A DNA stretch of 60,554 nt from a virus. Its lineage: Duplodnaviria > Caudoviricetes. Below, piece by piece: positions 19,192-28,823 of the stretch (positions within the stretch are counted from its first letter, which is position 1; each line of letters begins with the position of its first letter). The notes beneath the pieces are model-generated. The model saw only the letters and a program-made list of their open reading frames with translations. It had not been told where the DNA came from and made no database searches. A program made the translations under genes and the position numbers. The DNA is taken from IMG/VR virus record IMGVR_UViG_3300028585_000006, positions 1 to 60,554 of that record; one strand, given 5' to 3'.

Positions 19192-19628
19192 GGCTGCGGG
19201 CCCCGGCCGAGCACGTAGTTCGCAGCCGCGGCGAGCTTGTTCACGACGTCGATCGGGAGCTCCATGATCTCGTCGTCGTCCCACCCGTCGTCGAAGAACG
19301 CGGAGTCCGTGTCGACGTCGAAGACGGTGTGACGGAGGAGCACGGGGATCTGCTTCTTGTTGTCCTCCTCGTCCTCCTCGTCGACGTCGTCAGCCATGTC
19401 GAACGCGGTGCCAGCGGTGAGGCCGCGGACCTCGACCCACAGCTCCTCCTCGCCCTTGTCGGCGAGGTTGACGCGCTCGCGCTTGATCTTGCGGGCCTTG
19501 AGGCGGTCCTTCGGGGTCGCGCGCTCGATCGGCGCCTCCTGTGCCGGCGACGTCGTGGCGACGTCGGTCGGCGTGGGCTGCGGCTGCTCGGCGGGCTGCT
19601 CCGGGGACTGGATCTCGGTGTTGCTCAT
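19179..19628 (-). CDS. Tail assembly chaperone (gpG)
   Basis: Between tail tube and tape measure; VEVRGLT motif; ends PGKD. Confidence 0.85.
   Translation of the reverse strand: MSNTEIQSPEQPAEQPQPTPTDVATTSPAQEAPIERATPKDRLKARKIKRERVNLADKGEEELWVEVRGLTAGTAFDMADDVDEEDEEDNKKQIPVLLRHTVFDVDTDSAFFDDGWDDDEIMELPIDVVNKLAAAANYVLGRGPQPGKD
19185..19191 (-). promoter_or_regulatory. Programmed -1 frameshift site GGGAAAA
   Basis: Canonical slippery heptamer just before the chaperone stop. Confidence 0.85.
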
Positions 19629-19666
19629 CTGTCTGTTCCTCTCGATGGGTGAAGGCCCGAGATCGG

Positions 19667-20116
19667 CTACGCGCCCTTCGCGATGCCGTCGGCGGCGAAG
19701 ACGCCGTCGTTGTTCGGGCCGGTGCGCTGGAAGCTTATCGACGCCGAGACGAGGTCACCGGTGGAGGCCGACCAGTTGTAGCTCGTGATGATGCACTCGC
19801 GCTCGGTGCGGACGGCGCCGGCCTTGTTCCCGGTCGGGCCGACGACGACGGTGCAGGTCGCGAGGTCTCCGTTGTCGAGCGCGGTGAGCAGCGCGGTCAT
19901 GTGGTCGTGCAGCGCCTTGTCGAAGTTGCCGCTGATGTCGACGGTCTCGTCGTTCATGCCGATGACGTAGGTCTTCGACGTCGAGCCGAAGGTGCTGGTC
20001 TCAGCGGTGTCGATCGACCGGTTCGCGCCGGCCTCCTTGAAGAATGCGCTGAGGGGCGTCAGGACGCCGGCAGCGTTGTCGAACAGGACGACGGTCTTCT
20101 TGCCGTGGACGGGCAT
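19667..20116 (-). CDS. Major tail tube protein
   Basis: Position before chaperones; SIDTAETSTFG..KTYVIG motif. Confidence 0.8.
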   Translation of the reverse strand: MPVHGKKTVVLFDNAAGVLTPLSAFFKEAGANRSIDTAETSTFGSTSKTYVIGMNDETVDISGNFDKALHDHMTALLTALDNGDLATCTVVVGPTGNKAGAVRTERECIITSYNWSASTGDLVSASISFQRTGPNNDGVFAADGIAKGA

Positions 20117-20125
20117 GGTCTCTCC

Positions 20126-20878
20126 TTAGATGGCGCGCGCGACTGCGACGCGCACGGTGATGGATCCGGTTGCTCCGCCGGGGGTGGCGAGGACTCGGAG
20201 GTAGCGGTTGACGGTGACGTTGCCGGCCGTGCTCTTGCGCTGGCCGGAGACGGCGCCGGCGGGCACGGAGTCGAACGTGAGGAGGTCGACCCACACGTTG
20301 CCGTCGGACGAGTGCTGCACGACGAACGTCGACGCGGCGCCTCGGGTGTTCTGGACGACGTGGAGGTGGCCGGAGGCCCCGTACTGCGTCGCCGCGGGGA
20401 TGTTCACGGTGCCGAGCGGGCCGGTCGCGGTGATCGCGTCCTTCGGGGTGAGGACGACGCCGTTGCGCCACCCGCCCTCGGCCTGCAGGTCGCCCGAGAC
20501 CGAGACGACGTCGGAGAGGGGTGAGGAGACGTTGAGGCTGGTCGACAGCGACGGGGCCATGATCGCGGCCTTGCCGAAGCGGAAGCCGCGGTCGGGGCCG
20601 ATCGTCACGGGGTGGCCGACGCCGTCGTTCGCGACGTCCTGCTCGTTCTGGATCCCGAGCACGATGTTCTCGATCGCGGTCGTGGTGCCGCCGTAGCGGC
20701 CCGAGAACGAGCCGGTGCCGTCGGTCTGCCCTTGCGTGTAGGTCTTCGCGCCGAGGGGCTCGTCGAAGCACGACGTCTCGGCCGTGTCGATCGAGGTGTT
20801 CGTGCTCACTTCGTTCAGGAACCGCGTGAGCTCGAACGAGCCGATCGCGACGCCGGTGTCCTTACCGTGCGAGGTCAC
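20126..20878 (-). CDS. Tail-tube paralogue with C-terminal extension
   Basis: Shares HGK..SIDTAETSxF..KTY..G with the downstream gene. Confidence 0.7.
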   Translation of the reverse strand: MTSHGKDTGVAIGSFELTRFLNEVSTNTSIDTAETSCFDEPLGAKTYTQGQTDGTGSFSGRYGGTTTAIENIVLGIQNEQDVANDGVGHPVTIGPDRGFRFGKAAIMAPSLSTSLNVSSPLSDVVSVSGDLQAEGGWRNGVVLTPKDAITATGPLGTVNIPAATQYGASGHLHVVQNTRGAASTFVVQHSSDGNVWVDLLTFDSVPAGAVSGQRKSTAGNVTVNRYLRVLATPGGATGSITVRVAVARAI

Positions 20879-21132
20879 TTCTTCACCTCGGCCGGCGCGT
20901 CGGCCGGCGCCTCGAGCACGGGGTCGCCGTGCTGCTCGGTCAGCGTGCCGGTGGTCTCCTTGGGGGGAGTCTCGCCGCGCTCGTCGAGCTTCTCGATGAC
21001 GCCGTAGTTGAGGAGGCGCTGCGCGAGCTTCTCGTCGAGGTCGGTGAGGACGTCGCCCACGTTGGCGCGCGTGTCGTCCGGCGGGTAGTTGATCCCGACC
21101 AGCACCAGGTACTTCGTCTTCGTCTCAGGCAT
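20875..21132 (-). CDS. Small virion-region protein
   Basis: 85 aa ORF with AAGGAG RBS. Confidence 0.7.
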   Translation of the reverse strand: MPETKTKYLVLVGINYPPDDTRANVGDVLTDLDEKLAQRLLNYGVIEKLDERGETPPKETTGTLTEQHGDPVLEAPADAPAEVKK

Positions 21133-21202
21133 GGCTTCTCCTTCTCGGTTGCGACTCTACGGTCGCGGTCTTCTGGGGCTGGCGGGGGACACGCCGGGGG
21201 GC

Positions 21203-21496
21203 CTACGAGAGCTTCGTGCCGCAGTCGACGCACACGATGCCGTCGAACGTCTCGTCGCGCGTCTCGTGGGCGCACGTGGCCGGGTCGACGTCGTCATCGT
21301 CGTCGTCCCCGAAGCTCGTGGGGGCCGCGGGGACGGGCTTGGACGTGTCTGTGTCGCGCAGGGAGACGTCGACGAGAGTCCTGAGTGTCACGAGGTGCAT
21401 GATCGCTGAGTCGATCGCGGCGGTCAGGTCCTCTTTCGTGATGACGCCGGTCTCGCCGACGTCGGACTGGGGCTGCTGCGGGTCAGGTGAGCTCAT
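21203..21496 (-). CDS. Hypothetical protein with C-terminal zinc-ribbon-like motif
   Basis: CAH...CVDCG. Confidence 0.6.
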   Translation of the reverse strand: MSSPDPQQPQSDVGETGVITKEDLTAAIDSAIMHLVTLRTLVDVSLRDTDTSKPVPAAPTSFGDDDDDDVDPATCAHETRDETFDGIVCVDCGTKLS

Positions 21497-21908
21497 CGAG
21501 GTAGATCTCCAAGTCGAAGGTGTACCGCTCCCGGCGCTTGCTGTCGGGCTCGGTGGGGGCGGGGGTCTGGGAGGGGCCGACGGACACGAACGGCACGCCG
21601 GGGATCTCGTCGGTCAGGTTGCTGAGCTCGCGCCAGATCGCCCACGCGCGCCGCTCGGCCGCGGCGGAGTCGTTCGGGGCGCCGCGGACCACGATCGACG
21701 CGTTCGGGCGGCCGTACAGGACACCGAAGGCCTGGTCGACAACACCGACGCGGGAGACGACGCCCGCGGCTTCGTCGGGGGTCGTGCTGTCGTCGGGCGG
21801 GTAGCTCGAGAACATCGACTGCCCGGCGATGCCGTGGCCCTTCTCGGCGAGGTAGAGCGCGATCGCGTCGGCGAACGTGATCTCGGGGGTCGGGGTGGTG
21901 TCGCTCAC
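21483..21908 (-). CDS. Tail terminator protein
   Basis: Position in neck module; PNASIVVRG...DSKRRERYTF. Confidence 0.7.
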   Translation of the reverse strand: MSDTTPTPEITFADAIALYLAEKGHGIAGQSMFSSYPPDDSTTPDEAAGVVSRVGVVDQAFGVLYGRPNASIVVRGAPNDSAAAERRAWAIWRELSNLTDEIPGVPFVSVGPSQTPAPTEPDSKRRERYTFDLEIYLDELT

Positions 21909-22315
21909 GTGCTGAGCATCCTCTCGAGGCGATCGCGGATCGCCCGCTCGATGTCGGGCAGCTTCTCGTTCAGGGGGTCGGCCAGGAAGTGCGAGCCGGT
22001 GCCCGGCTTCGTCCAGTTGATCCCCATGCGGGGCAGCTGGTGCACAACCGCGGCGTACTTCCGGGCGGCGCCGCCGTACCCGAGGGTCACCGTGACCGTG
22101 TTGGCCGTCACGACGGGCGGCTTCACGCGGCCGCTGGACTTGAGGTTGCCGGTCACGCCGACGGGGACGCGCCGCTGCGACTCGCGGAACACGAGTTGCA
22201 TCTCGGCGACGAGCGCCTGGGCGAGCATCGGCGTCGCCTGGTCGCCGGCGCGCTCGAGCAGCTCCTGCAGCGTGTCGAGGCCTTCGAGCTTGATCCGGAA
22301 GTTGCCGTCGACCAC
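21905..22315 (-). CDS. HK97 gp10-like tail completion protein
   Basis: VPVGVTGNLKSS, YAAVVH, HFLADP motifs. Confidence 0.8.
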   Translation of the reverse strand: MVDGNFRIKLEGLDTLQELLERAGDQATPMLAQALVAEMQLVFRESQRRVPVGVTGNLKSSGRVKPPVVTANTVTVTLGYGGAARKYAAVVHQLPRMGINWTKPGTGSHFLADPLNEKLPDIERAIRDRLERMLST

Positions 22316-22316
22316 G

Positions 22317-22634
22317 TCACACCCCCAGGTAGACGACGGTCGCGTAGGGGCCGTCCTCGTCGTGGAGCTGTCGGATCTGGACCGGCTTGAGCTGGGCGCC
22401 GGCCGGAGTCTCGATCGCGTGCTCCGGCTCGATCGCGTAGACCCCGCCGCAGTAGACGGTGCCGACCGCGTTCACGATCCGCCCGTCGAACCCGGCCACC
22501 TGGCTGGTCGTGTCGTCGTAGAGACACTGCACGGGCACGCCGGCCTCGTACGTCGCCTCGCCCCGGAGGTTCGACGTCGCCTTCTTGAGCCACTGCACCG
22601 TGTCGGGCATCAGCTCGAGCAGCTCAGCGTCCAT
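22317..22634 (-). CDS. Head closure/stopper protein
   Basis: Size and position after adaptor. Confidence 0.65.
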   Translation of the reverse strand: MDAELLELMPDTVQWLKKATSNLRGEATYEAGVPVQCLYDDTTSQVAGFDGRIVNAVGTVYCGGVYAIEPEHAIETPAGAQLKPVQIRQLHDEDGPYATVVYLGV

Positions 22635-23031
22635 CTTCGTACCCCCCTGTGCGGCGGGGCCCGTTGTCGTGCATCCCGATGCCGAAGAGACGCCGGCCGG
22701 GGGTGAAGACCGCCCCGCCGATCGCCGCGCCGGATCCGCCGGTGCGGAGGCGCGCGGCCCGGTCGTACCACCGCTGCGAGTCGCCGGCGGGGTCGCGGCC
22801 GGAGAGGCTCAGCGGGCCGACGGTCTTCGATCCGGAGGCCACCGAGCTGAGGCGGTCGCCGATCTGGTCGCACACGGCGGCCGCGGCGAGGTAGGTGTTG
22901 CCCTCGGACTGCGTGAGGAGCCAGCCGATCGTCTCGTCGTCGACCGAGTAGGGCTTCTCGACGGTGTCGCCCGACCGGAACCGCACCTCGTGGACGGGCA
23001 GCATCGGGGGCGTCGTGTAGGTGAAGGTCAT
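22624..23031 (-). CDS. Head-to-tail adaptor
   Basis: VRFRSGDT..DDETI..LL; SKTVGPLSLS; follows capsid gene. Confidence 0.75.
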   Translation of the reverse strand: MTFTYTTPPMLPVHEVRFRSGDTVEKPYSVDDETIGWLLTQSEGNTYLAAAAVCDQIGDRLSSVASGSKTVGPLSLSGRDPAGDSQRWYDRAARLRTGGSGAAIGGAVFTPGRRLFGIGMHDNGPRRTGGYEDGR

Positions 23032-23062
23032 GCCGAGATCCTCTCGTGGTCTGCGGAACGAG

Positions 23063-23105
23063 CAACGGCCCCTCCACCCTCGTGAAGAGGACGGAGGGGC
23101 CGTTG
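23063..23105 (-). terminator. Hairpin downstream of major capsid gene
   Basis: CAACGGCCCCTCC...GGAGGGGCCGTTG, 13-bp stem. Confidence 0.7.
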
Positions 23106-23118
23106 GGGTGGTGCTGTG

Positions 23119-24111
23119 CTACGCCGCGACGGGCTCGATGACGCTGTTCAGGAAGATCCCGAGGTCAGCGGCGACGACCTTGTTGTCGTAGGCGATCTCG
23201 CCCTCGACGCGGTCGGCCTTGATCGCCGGCAGCGGGAACTTCGAGATGCCGATGGTCGAGCCGATCGAGCCGGACACGCCCTTCCACTCGAAGGTGTAGC
23301 CGGCCGAGGGGGTCAGGAGACCCGGGCTCGGCGCGACGTAGGCGAGCAGCGCGACGTCGCCGGTCAGGAACCCGAACTCGTCGGCGTTGCCCTCCTTGCC
23401 GGTGTTCACGATCGCGTTGCTGACGAAGATCCGGTCGACGCCGAAGTACTTCGCCAGGATCGCCTCGTCGACCAGGTCGCTCGACACGCGGTTGAACTTG
23501 TCGAGGATCGCCGGGTGCTCCGTGAGGGAGTCGTAGACGTCGTAGCCGAGCACCAGGGTGTTCGGCGTCATGCCCGTCGTCGCCTTCATGCGGCGCTTGA
23601 GCTTCTTGATGTCCTTGACCGGGGTCGAGGCGTCGTAGTCGGACCACTGGACGAACTCGTCCGCGCCGACCGAGCCCTGCGCGTCGCCGCCGACCTCGTG
23701 GCCCCAGACGCCCGTCTGCAGGAAGTCGCGGGTGAACTGCACCTCGCGGCGGAGGAGCAGCCGGTCGGTGACGAACTCGGTCGCGCTCGAGTCGAGGTTG
23801 AACGAGCTGTCGGCGTTCGCACGAGCCTGAGCGCCGATGTCCTTGTGGATGGCCTCGACACGGCAGTTGAACGTGTCCTGGTCGAGCTCGTAGCCCGAAC
23901 CGACCGACTCGGTGGCGTCGGCACGGACGCGGGCCTCGTCGCGGAACCAGTCGCCCTTCGGCACGGTCCAGTAGAGGTCCGTCTTGTGGTCGACGGGGAT
24001 GCTCGGGAACACCTTCGTGGCGATGTACTCGTCCGTGTTGGCACGGTACGCGACGGAGACGTTCGTGAGCGGCGCGCTGATGTGCAGCGCGTTGACGTTG
24101 GGCTGGGGCAT
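23119..24111 (-). CDS. Major capsid protein
   Basis: 330 aa; LTNVSVAY, PNTLVLG; position after scaffold and cement genes. Confidence 0.88.
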   Translation of the reverse strand: MPQPNVNALHISAPLTNVSVAYRANTDEYIATKVFPSIPVDHKTDLYWTVPKGDWFRDEARVRADATESVGSGYELDQDTFNCRVEAIHKDIGAQARANADSSFNLDSSATEFVTDRLLLRREVQFTRDFLQTGVWGHEVGGDAQGSVGADEFVQWSDYDASTPVKDIKKLKRRMKATTGMTPNTLVLGYDVYDSLTEHPAILDKFNRVSSDLVDEAILAKYFGVDRIFVSNAIVNTGKEGNADEFGFLTGDVALLAYVAPSPGLLTPSAGYTFEWKGVSGSIGSTIGISKFPLPAIKADRVEGEIAYDNKVVAADLGIFLNSVIEPVAA

Positions 24112-24126
24112 GGTCTGCTAGTCCTC

Positions 24127-24513
24127 TCAGGCAGCCGTGGTGGGGGTGATCGCGTTCAGCGACACCGAGATGACCTGGCCGGAGACACCAGCTTCGAGCG
24201 CACGTCCGTAGACACGCTCGCCGGCGGCGGCCTTCTTGCCGCGGCCGGTTGCCGTGGAGCCGATGCTGTCACCGCGGGCGACGGTCGCGCCAAGGCGGAC
24301 CTTCTGCGAGGCGGCGACGAGGGTGACGTCGGCCTCCTCGCCCTGCTTGACAGCGTTGTTCAGCACGCCGAGCGCCTGGTCGGCGAGCGCGGTCACCTTC
24401 GTGACCAGGTCGGCGGCGCCGTCCCACTTCACGAACGTGTACTGGTTGTCGTCTTCGAGGTCGACGGCCGCGATGACGGTCCAGTCGAGCTTCGGGCCCT
24501 TCTCTACGGCCAT
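24127..24513 (-). CDS. Capsid cement/decoration protein
   Basis: ALGVLNN...GRALEAG...VISV pattern; immediately before capsid gene. Confidence 0.75.
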   Translation of the reverse strand: MAVEKGPKLDWTVIAAVDLEDDNQYTFVKWDGAADLVTKVTALADQALGVLNNAVKQGEEADVTLVAASQKVRLGATVARGDSIGSTATGRGKKAAAGERVYGRALEAGVSGQVISVSLNAITPTTAA

Positions 24514-25361
24514 CAGCGGTTCTCCTGCTCGTACTCGGTGTAGAGGGCGGGGTTGTCGGTGAGCGCCTTCGTGACGCCCTCCGCGTGGGTCTTGACGACG
24601 CCGGCGGCCATGAAGCCGTCGGCGAGCGCGGCGGCCTTCGCCATCGCGCCGGAGGTCTTCGACTGCGTGGAGCCGAGCTCGGCGAACATGCTGGCCGCGT
24701 CGAGCTGACCGTAGACGCCGTCCATCGCCTTGAGGACCTCCTCGCGGGCGGCGTCGTCGAGGTGACGGACCGACTTCGCGAGCTTCTCGTGGTCGATCGC
24801 GGCCTGGGGGAACCGGGCCTTGACCATGTCGGTCGCCTCGCGGTCGAGGCGGATGTCGCGCTCCTTGGTGAAGTCCTCACGGGCCTTCGCCAGCTCGCTC
24901 TGCTGCTCGAGCAGGGCGGCCTTGAGGAGGGGGTCGGTGACCGACTTGAACAGGTCGGCGCCCGGGACGACGGGAGCGGCGGCGGCGCCGGTCGCGGGAG
25001 CAGCGGTGCCCTGGCCCTCGACGCTGGGCGTCTCCGGGTCCTCGGCCTCGAGCTTCGACTTGAGCGACTGCCACAGCTCGGCGGCCGCGTTCACGTCCTC
25101 CGTGATGTCGATCGCCTTCGTCATCAGCTCACGGGTGGCCGGCGTGAGCTTCGCTGCGCCGACCTCCTTGAGCAGGTCTTCCTTCGTCTTCTGGGGCACG
25201 CTGGCACCTTCCTTGAGCAGAGCTGTGAGTGCGGAGACCGAGGCGGGGGATGCGGACTTCTGGACCAGCCAGCCCTCGTACCCGTGGGCCGGGTGATCGA
25301 CACCCGACGTCTCCACGACGTCCATGTCGACCATCTGCCGCGGCTTCTGGTTCTGAGGCAT
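24513..25361 (-). CDS. Capsid scaffolding protein
   Basis: ETSGVDHPAH N-terminus, helical body, NPALYTEY end; ATG 25361 with AAGGAG RBS. Confidence 0.7.
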   Translation of the reverse strand: MPQNQKPRQMVDMDVVETSGVDHPAHGYEGWLVQKSASPASVSALTALLKEGASVPQKTKEDLLKEVGAAKLTPATRELMTKAIDITEDVNAAAELWQSLKSKLEAEDPETPSVEGQGTAAPATGAAAAPVVPGADLFKSVTDPLLKAALLEQQSELAKAREDFTKERDIRLDREATDMVKARFPQAAIDHEKLAKSVRHLDDAAREEVLKAMDGVYGQLDAASMFAELGSTQSKTSGAMAKAAALADGFMAAGVVKTHAEGVTKALTDNPALYTEYEQENR

Positions 25362-25445
25362 GTGCGTCTCCTTCCGTCGTCGACCACAGTACGAGCGCCC
25401 GGTCGGCGAGCACGGTGTCGACACGCCGGGGCCCGGGTACGCGAA

Positions 25446-25476
25446 AGCCCCCGCCAGGACGAGCCTGACGGGGGCT
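25446..25476. terminator. Intergenic hairpin
   Basis: AGCCCCCGCCAGG...CCTGACGGGGGCT. Confidence 0.5.
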
Positions 25477-25506
25477 GTGACGCGCTGGGAGGTGCGGCGG
25501 GGATAC

Positions 25507-25953
25507 CTAGAAGTCGAACTGCTCCCGGCGCTGTGTGACCGTGCGTGCGCCGGCCAGCTCGGCGATCGCCTTGCGGACCGAGCCCTTGCTGCGCTGCCAC
25601 TCGCCGCCGTCCTCACCGGCGATCGCGCCGCGGATCGCTGCGCCGAGGATCTTCTCGAGCTCGATCGACGCGACGACGTCGTCCCGAGTGTTGCTGAGCT
25701 GGTAGCCCAGCCAGTGAGCCGCGGCCAGGACCCGGAGAGGCGTGACGTCCTCGGTGACCTCGTTGAAGACGTACGCCCGGACGACCTTCATGTCGTCCTC
25801 GGTGATGCCACCCTCGCGGTAGCGCCACTGCCCGTACAGCTCCTTGAGGATCTCGCGGCCGACGAACGTCAGCCGGGAGTGGTCGTCGCCCGCGCGCAGC
25901 AGGGGCGTCAGCACGAGGTCGAGGTGGTCGGGGTCGGGGATGATGATGGACAT
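25507..25953 (-). CDS. Hypothetical protein
   Basis: 148 aa ORF with GGAGGAACAG RBS. Confidence 0.7.
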   Translation of the reverse strand: MSIIIPDPDHLDLVLTPLLRAGDDHSRLTFVGREILKELYGQWRYREGGITEDDMKVVRAYVFNEVTEDVTPLRVLAAAHWLGYQLSNTRDDVVASIELEKILGAAIRGAIAGEDGGEWQRSKGSVRKAIAELAGARTVTQRREQFDF

Positions 25954-25986
25954 GGCTGTTCCTCCGTGTCGGTGGTGGGTGGTGGG

Positions 25987-26280
25987 TCAGAAGAGGGTCG
26001 AGGGGGCGTCGCAGACGACCCCCCGAGTGACCACGACGTCGGCCGTGGCGTCCTCGTTGTAGGCCTTGATCGTCGCCTTGACCGTGAGGTCGGCGCCGAC
26101 GGTCAGCTCCATGTGGTGCGAGGCGTTCCAGCGGACCCGCGTGCCGGCGCTCGTGACGAAGATGATCTCCGTCGTCGTGCCGTACGCGGTGAAGCGGTGG
26201 TCGAACTGTCGGATCGTGCCGGAGATCTCGACGCGCGCGCCGACGAGTCCGAGGTCCTGGGACAGGGTTCCTGCGCTCAT
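25987..26280 (-). CDS. Hypothetical OB-fold-like protein
   Basis: Beta-rich (VGARVEISGTI...LTVKATIKAY); GGAGG RBS. Confidence 0.6.
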   Translation of the reverse strand: MSAGTLSQDLGLVGARVEISGTIRQFDHRFTAYGTTTEIIFVTSAGTRVRWNASHHMELTVGADLTVKATIKAYNEDATADVVVTRGVVCDAPSTLF

Positions 26281-26367
26281 GGCCGCCTCCTCTGGTGTGT
26301 GGCCTGCTTTCACACTATGGGGGAGACCACCGACAGGCAACGTTTAGGCTCAGATTTCTGAGGCGGA

Positions 26368-26697
26368 TTACTCGACGGGTTTCCAGGCGGGCATGAACTC
26401 CTGCGCCAGGTCACGGATGTCGGGGTGCATCGCCGACGTCTTGATCGGGGTCCCGCCGAGCCCGCCCGAGGGGAGCTTCCGGTGCCCGGTCCCCTCGTGG
26501 CTGACGAACTCCCACCGGTTCCGGTTCCACCGGTAGGTGAACAGGATGATCTTGACGAGCAGCTGCCGCTCCTCCGGGTCAACGTTGCCGGCCGTGACGC
26601 GCGCGCCCCGGTCGATCATCAGCATCCCGCGCTGCAGCGTGACGTGCTGCACCGTCGTGATGACCGTGTTGGCGAGAGACGCGTTGCCGTCGAGCAT
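26368..26697 (-). CDS. Hypothetical protein
   Basis: Coupled ORF, 109 aa. Confidence 0.65.
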   Translation of the reverse strand: MLDGNASLANTVITTVQHVTLQRGMLMIDRGARVTAGNVDPEERQLLVKIILFTYRWNRNRWEFVSHEGTGHRKLPSGGLGGTPIKTSAMHPDIRDLAQEFMPAWKPVE

Positions 26698-26948
26698 CAG
26701 CTGTTCCCCTTCCGGAACGAGGCGGCCCGGAGCTTGCCGGCGGGCACGCCGTAGCGGGTGATCCGCTTGACCTTCGCGGTCGTGGTCGGGGCCAGGGGAG
26801 TCACGCCGAGCGCCTTGTCGGACTCGCGCCGGGTGCGCGCGTCGCGCTCGAGCGTGTAGGCGCCGGTGAGGTCGACGCCGACCACGCGCCAGAACGTCGA
26901 CGAGCCGTGGATCTGGACGTGCTTTCCGGGGAGGAACGAGTCAGCCAT
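26697..26948 (-). CDS. Hypothetical protein
   Basis: Coupled ORF, 83 aa. Confidence 0.65.
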   Translation of the reverse strand: MADSFLPGKHVQIHGSSTFWRVVGVDLTGAYTLERDARTRRESDKALGVTPLAPTTTAKVKRITRYGVPAGKLRAASFRKGNS

Positions 26949-27378
26949 GCGCGTCGGCCTCCTCGTCGGTGAGGAGGCGGACCTCGAAGTCGAACGGCCA
27001 GTCCTCGATGTAGAACAGGCCGCCGGACTCGACCCACCAGCTGATGTTCAGCTCGCCGTCGCCTGCGAGCGCGGTGGCGAAGACTTCGCCGATCTCGTGG
27101 AACTCGTACGTCCGGAGCCACTCGGTCTCACCGGTGTCGTAGTCGACGGCCGGCGCGTTGGCCCACGCCCGGAGAACGGTCTCGGCGCCCTCGCGGTCGG
27201 TGACGTAGGGCGGGCCGTCTTCGAGCAACGCGGCGGGGGAGACGCGGATGATCGGCAGGGGGGTCGGCTCGTCGTCCTCGTCGGGCTTGCCGAGGGGCCA
27301 GCCGGAGATCTCGACGAGGAGCGGCAGCTCGTGCTCGCGCCTGGGCGCGAACGGGTCGGGGTTGTTGAGGTCGGTCAC
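26941..27378 (-). CDS. Hypothetical acidic protein
   Basis: 145 aa ORF with RBS. Confidence 0.7.
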   Translation of the reverse strand: MTDLNNPDPFAPRREHELPLLVEISGWPLGKPDEDDEPTPLPIIRVSPAALLEDGPPYVTDREGAETVLRAWANAPAVDYDTGETEWLRTYEFHEIGEVFATALAGDGELNISWWVESGGLFYIEDWPFDFEVRLLTDEEADAHG

Positions 27379-27387
27379 GGTGTGCTC

Positions 27388-27945
27388 CTAGAGGCTGAGG
27401 GTGCGCTCGCGCCAGATGGCACGTGCGGTCGAGATGAGCTGGACGACGAGCGAGCCGCGCGGCCGCCAGAAGTCCGAGGGCGGCTCGGTCGCGGCGCCGT
27501 CGAGGGTGTCGTACCGGAGCCGGTCGAGGTCGGCGTCGTACCAGGCCCAGTGAGACGCCTCCCACGTGCTGCGGTTGTGGCCGATCTCAGTGACGAGGAT
27601 CTCGTGCGCGTCCTCGGCGTCGGTGCTGCCCGAGTCCTGGAACAGGACCGAGTACTCGAGCTGGCCGCGGTCGCCGTGGAACGCGATCGCGATCGAGGCG
27701 CCGTCGGGGTCGGCCGGCGGGAGGTACGTCCACCCCTCGCCGAGCGCGGGCCACGCCGGGTCCCCGGGGAGGAGGTAGGGGTAGACGCCGCTGCCGGGGT
27801 GCACGCGGTCGGTCTGGCCGATGATGCCCGCGATCTGGTCCGGCATGTCCGAGTCCCACTCGGGGGTGTCGGCCAGGAGGCGCGCGATGCGGTCGAGGGC
27901 CGTGCGGTCGTCGAGGACGCCGCCCCGGTCGAAGTTCGCGCCCAT
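27388..27945 (-). CDS. Hypothetical protein
   Basis: ATG 27945 coupled to upstream stop. Confidence 0.7.
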   Translation of the reverse strand: MGANFDRGGVLDDRTALDRIARLLADTPEWDSDMPDQIAGIIGQTDRVHPGSGVYPYLLPGDPAWPALGEGWTYLPPADPDGASIAIAFHGDRGQLEYSVLFQDSGSTDAEDAHEILVTEIGHNRSTWEASHWAWYDADLDRLRYDTLDGAATEPPSDFWRPRGSLVVQLISTARAIWRERTLSL

Positions 27946-28283
27946 CAGCGGGCCACCGTCACGTCGAACGTGACCAGGCGAACGAACTCGCTGACCCACG
28001 GGGCCGTCGTCGCCTCGTGGAACGCGTCGAGGACCTCGATCACCATCTCGTCGGGCCACTCGTCGTAGATGACGTCAGCCGAGACGTTGCGGACCGGCGC
28101 GATGACCGCCTCGCCCTCGTCGCGGATCATCTCGGACGGGAGATTCCGGAGGTGCACGAGCGCGTCACGCCGGATGCTGGCGAGCGAACCGACGAAGACC
28201 GCCGGATCTTCGCCGCCGCCGTCGTTGTGTTCGACGACGAGCACGTGGACCTCGACTTCGAGCTTGCCGGGGTTGGTTGCCAT
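27945..28283 (-). CDS. Hypothetical protein
   Basis: 112 aa ORF with GAGGAACAG RBS. Confidence 0.7.
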   Translation of the reverse strand: MATNPGKLEVEVHVLVVEHNDGGGEDPAVFVGSLASIRRDALVHLRNLPSEMIRDEGEAVIAPVRNVSADVIYDEWPDEMVIEVLDAFHEATTAPWVSEFVRLVTFDVTVAR

Positions 28284-28308
28284 GAGACTGTTCCTCTCGG
28301 TTCGCCGG

Positions 28309-28770
28309 TCAGAGGACCGGCATCAGGGCCGCGTTGGCTGCGGCGTCCGCGATGATCGCGGGGGTCAGGGGCTGCAGGGCGCGGCGCGTGCACCACTGCT
28401 GCAGCTGGTCGTCGTACGTGACGAGGTAGACGCGACGCTGCTCGGCGTCGCGGCCGATCTTGGTCACCCGACCGAACGCGGCGACCCGGTAGTGCACGGA
28501 GTCGCGGTCGAAGTACCGGGAGCGCGTGACGCGCATCCCGACCTCGATCGGGGGGTGAGGGGTGACCTGCACGGTCGTCGAGGACGGGACGGTGACGACG
28601 ATGTCGCCGGCGTCCTCGGTGTGGAGGCGGAACGTCCGGAAGCTGGGCGTGCGGAGCGCCTCGATGAGCAGGCCCGAGTACGTGCCGAGCGGGGAGGTCA
28701 CGGTGAGCTGTGCCCCGATGTTCTCGGAGGTCACGCTGGACGCGCTGACGGTGGTGGGGGTGGTGGTCAT
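28309..28770 (-). CDS. Hypothetical protein (leaderless)
   Basis: ATG 7 nt after a TAGTAT -10 element. Confidence 0.65.
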   Translation of the reverse strand: MTTTPTTVSASSVTSENIGAQLTVTSPLGTYSGLLIEALRTPSFRTFRLHTEDAGDIVVTVPSSTTVQVTPHPPIEVGMRVTRSRYFDRDSVHYRVAAFGRVTKIGRDAEQRRVYLVTYDDQLQQWCTRRALQPLTPAIIADAAANAALMPVL

Positions 28771-28823
28771 GCGTTTCATACTATGGTGCAACCGCCTCGC
28801 CCAACGGGTGAGAGACGGGTGAT

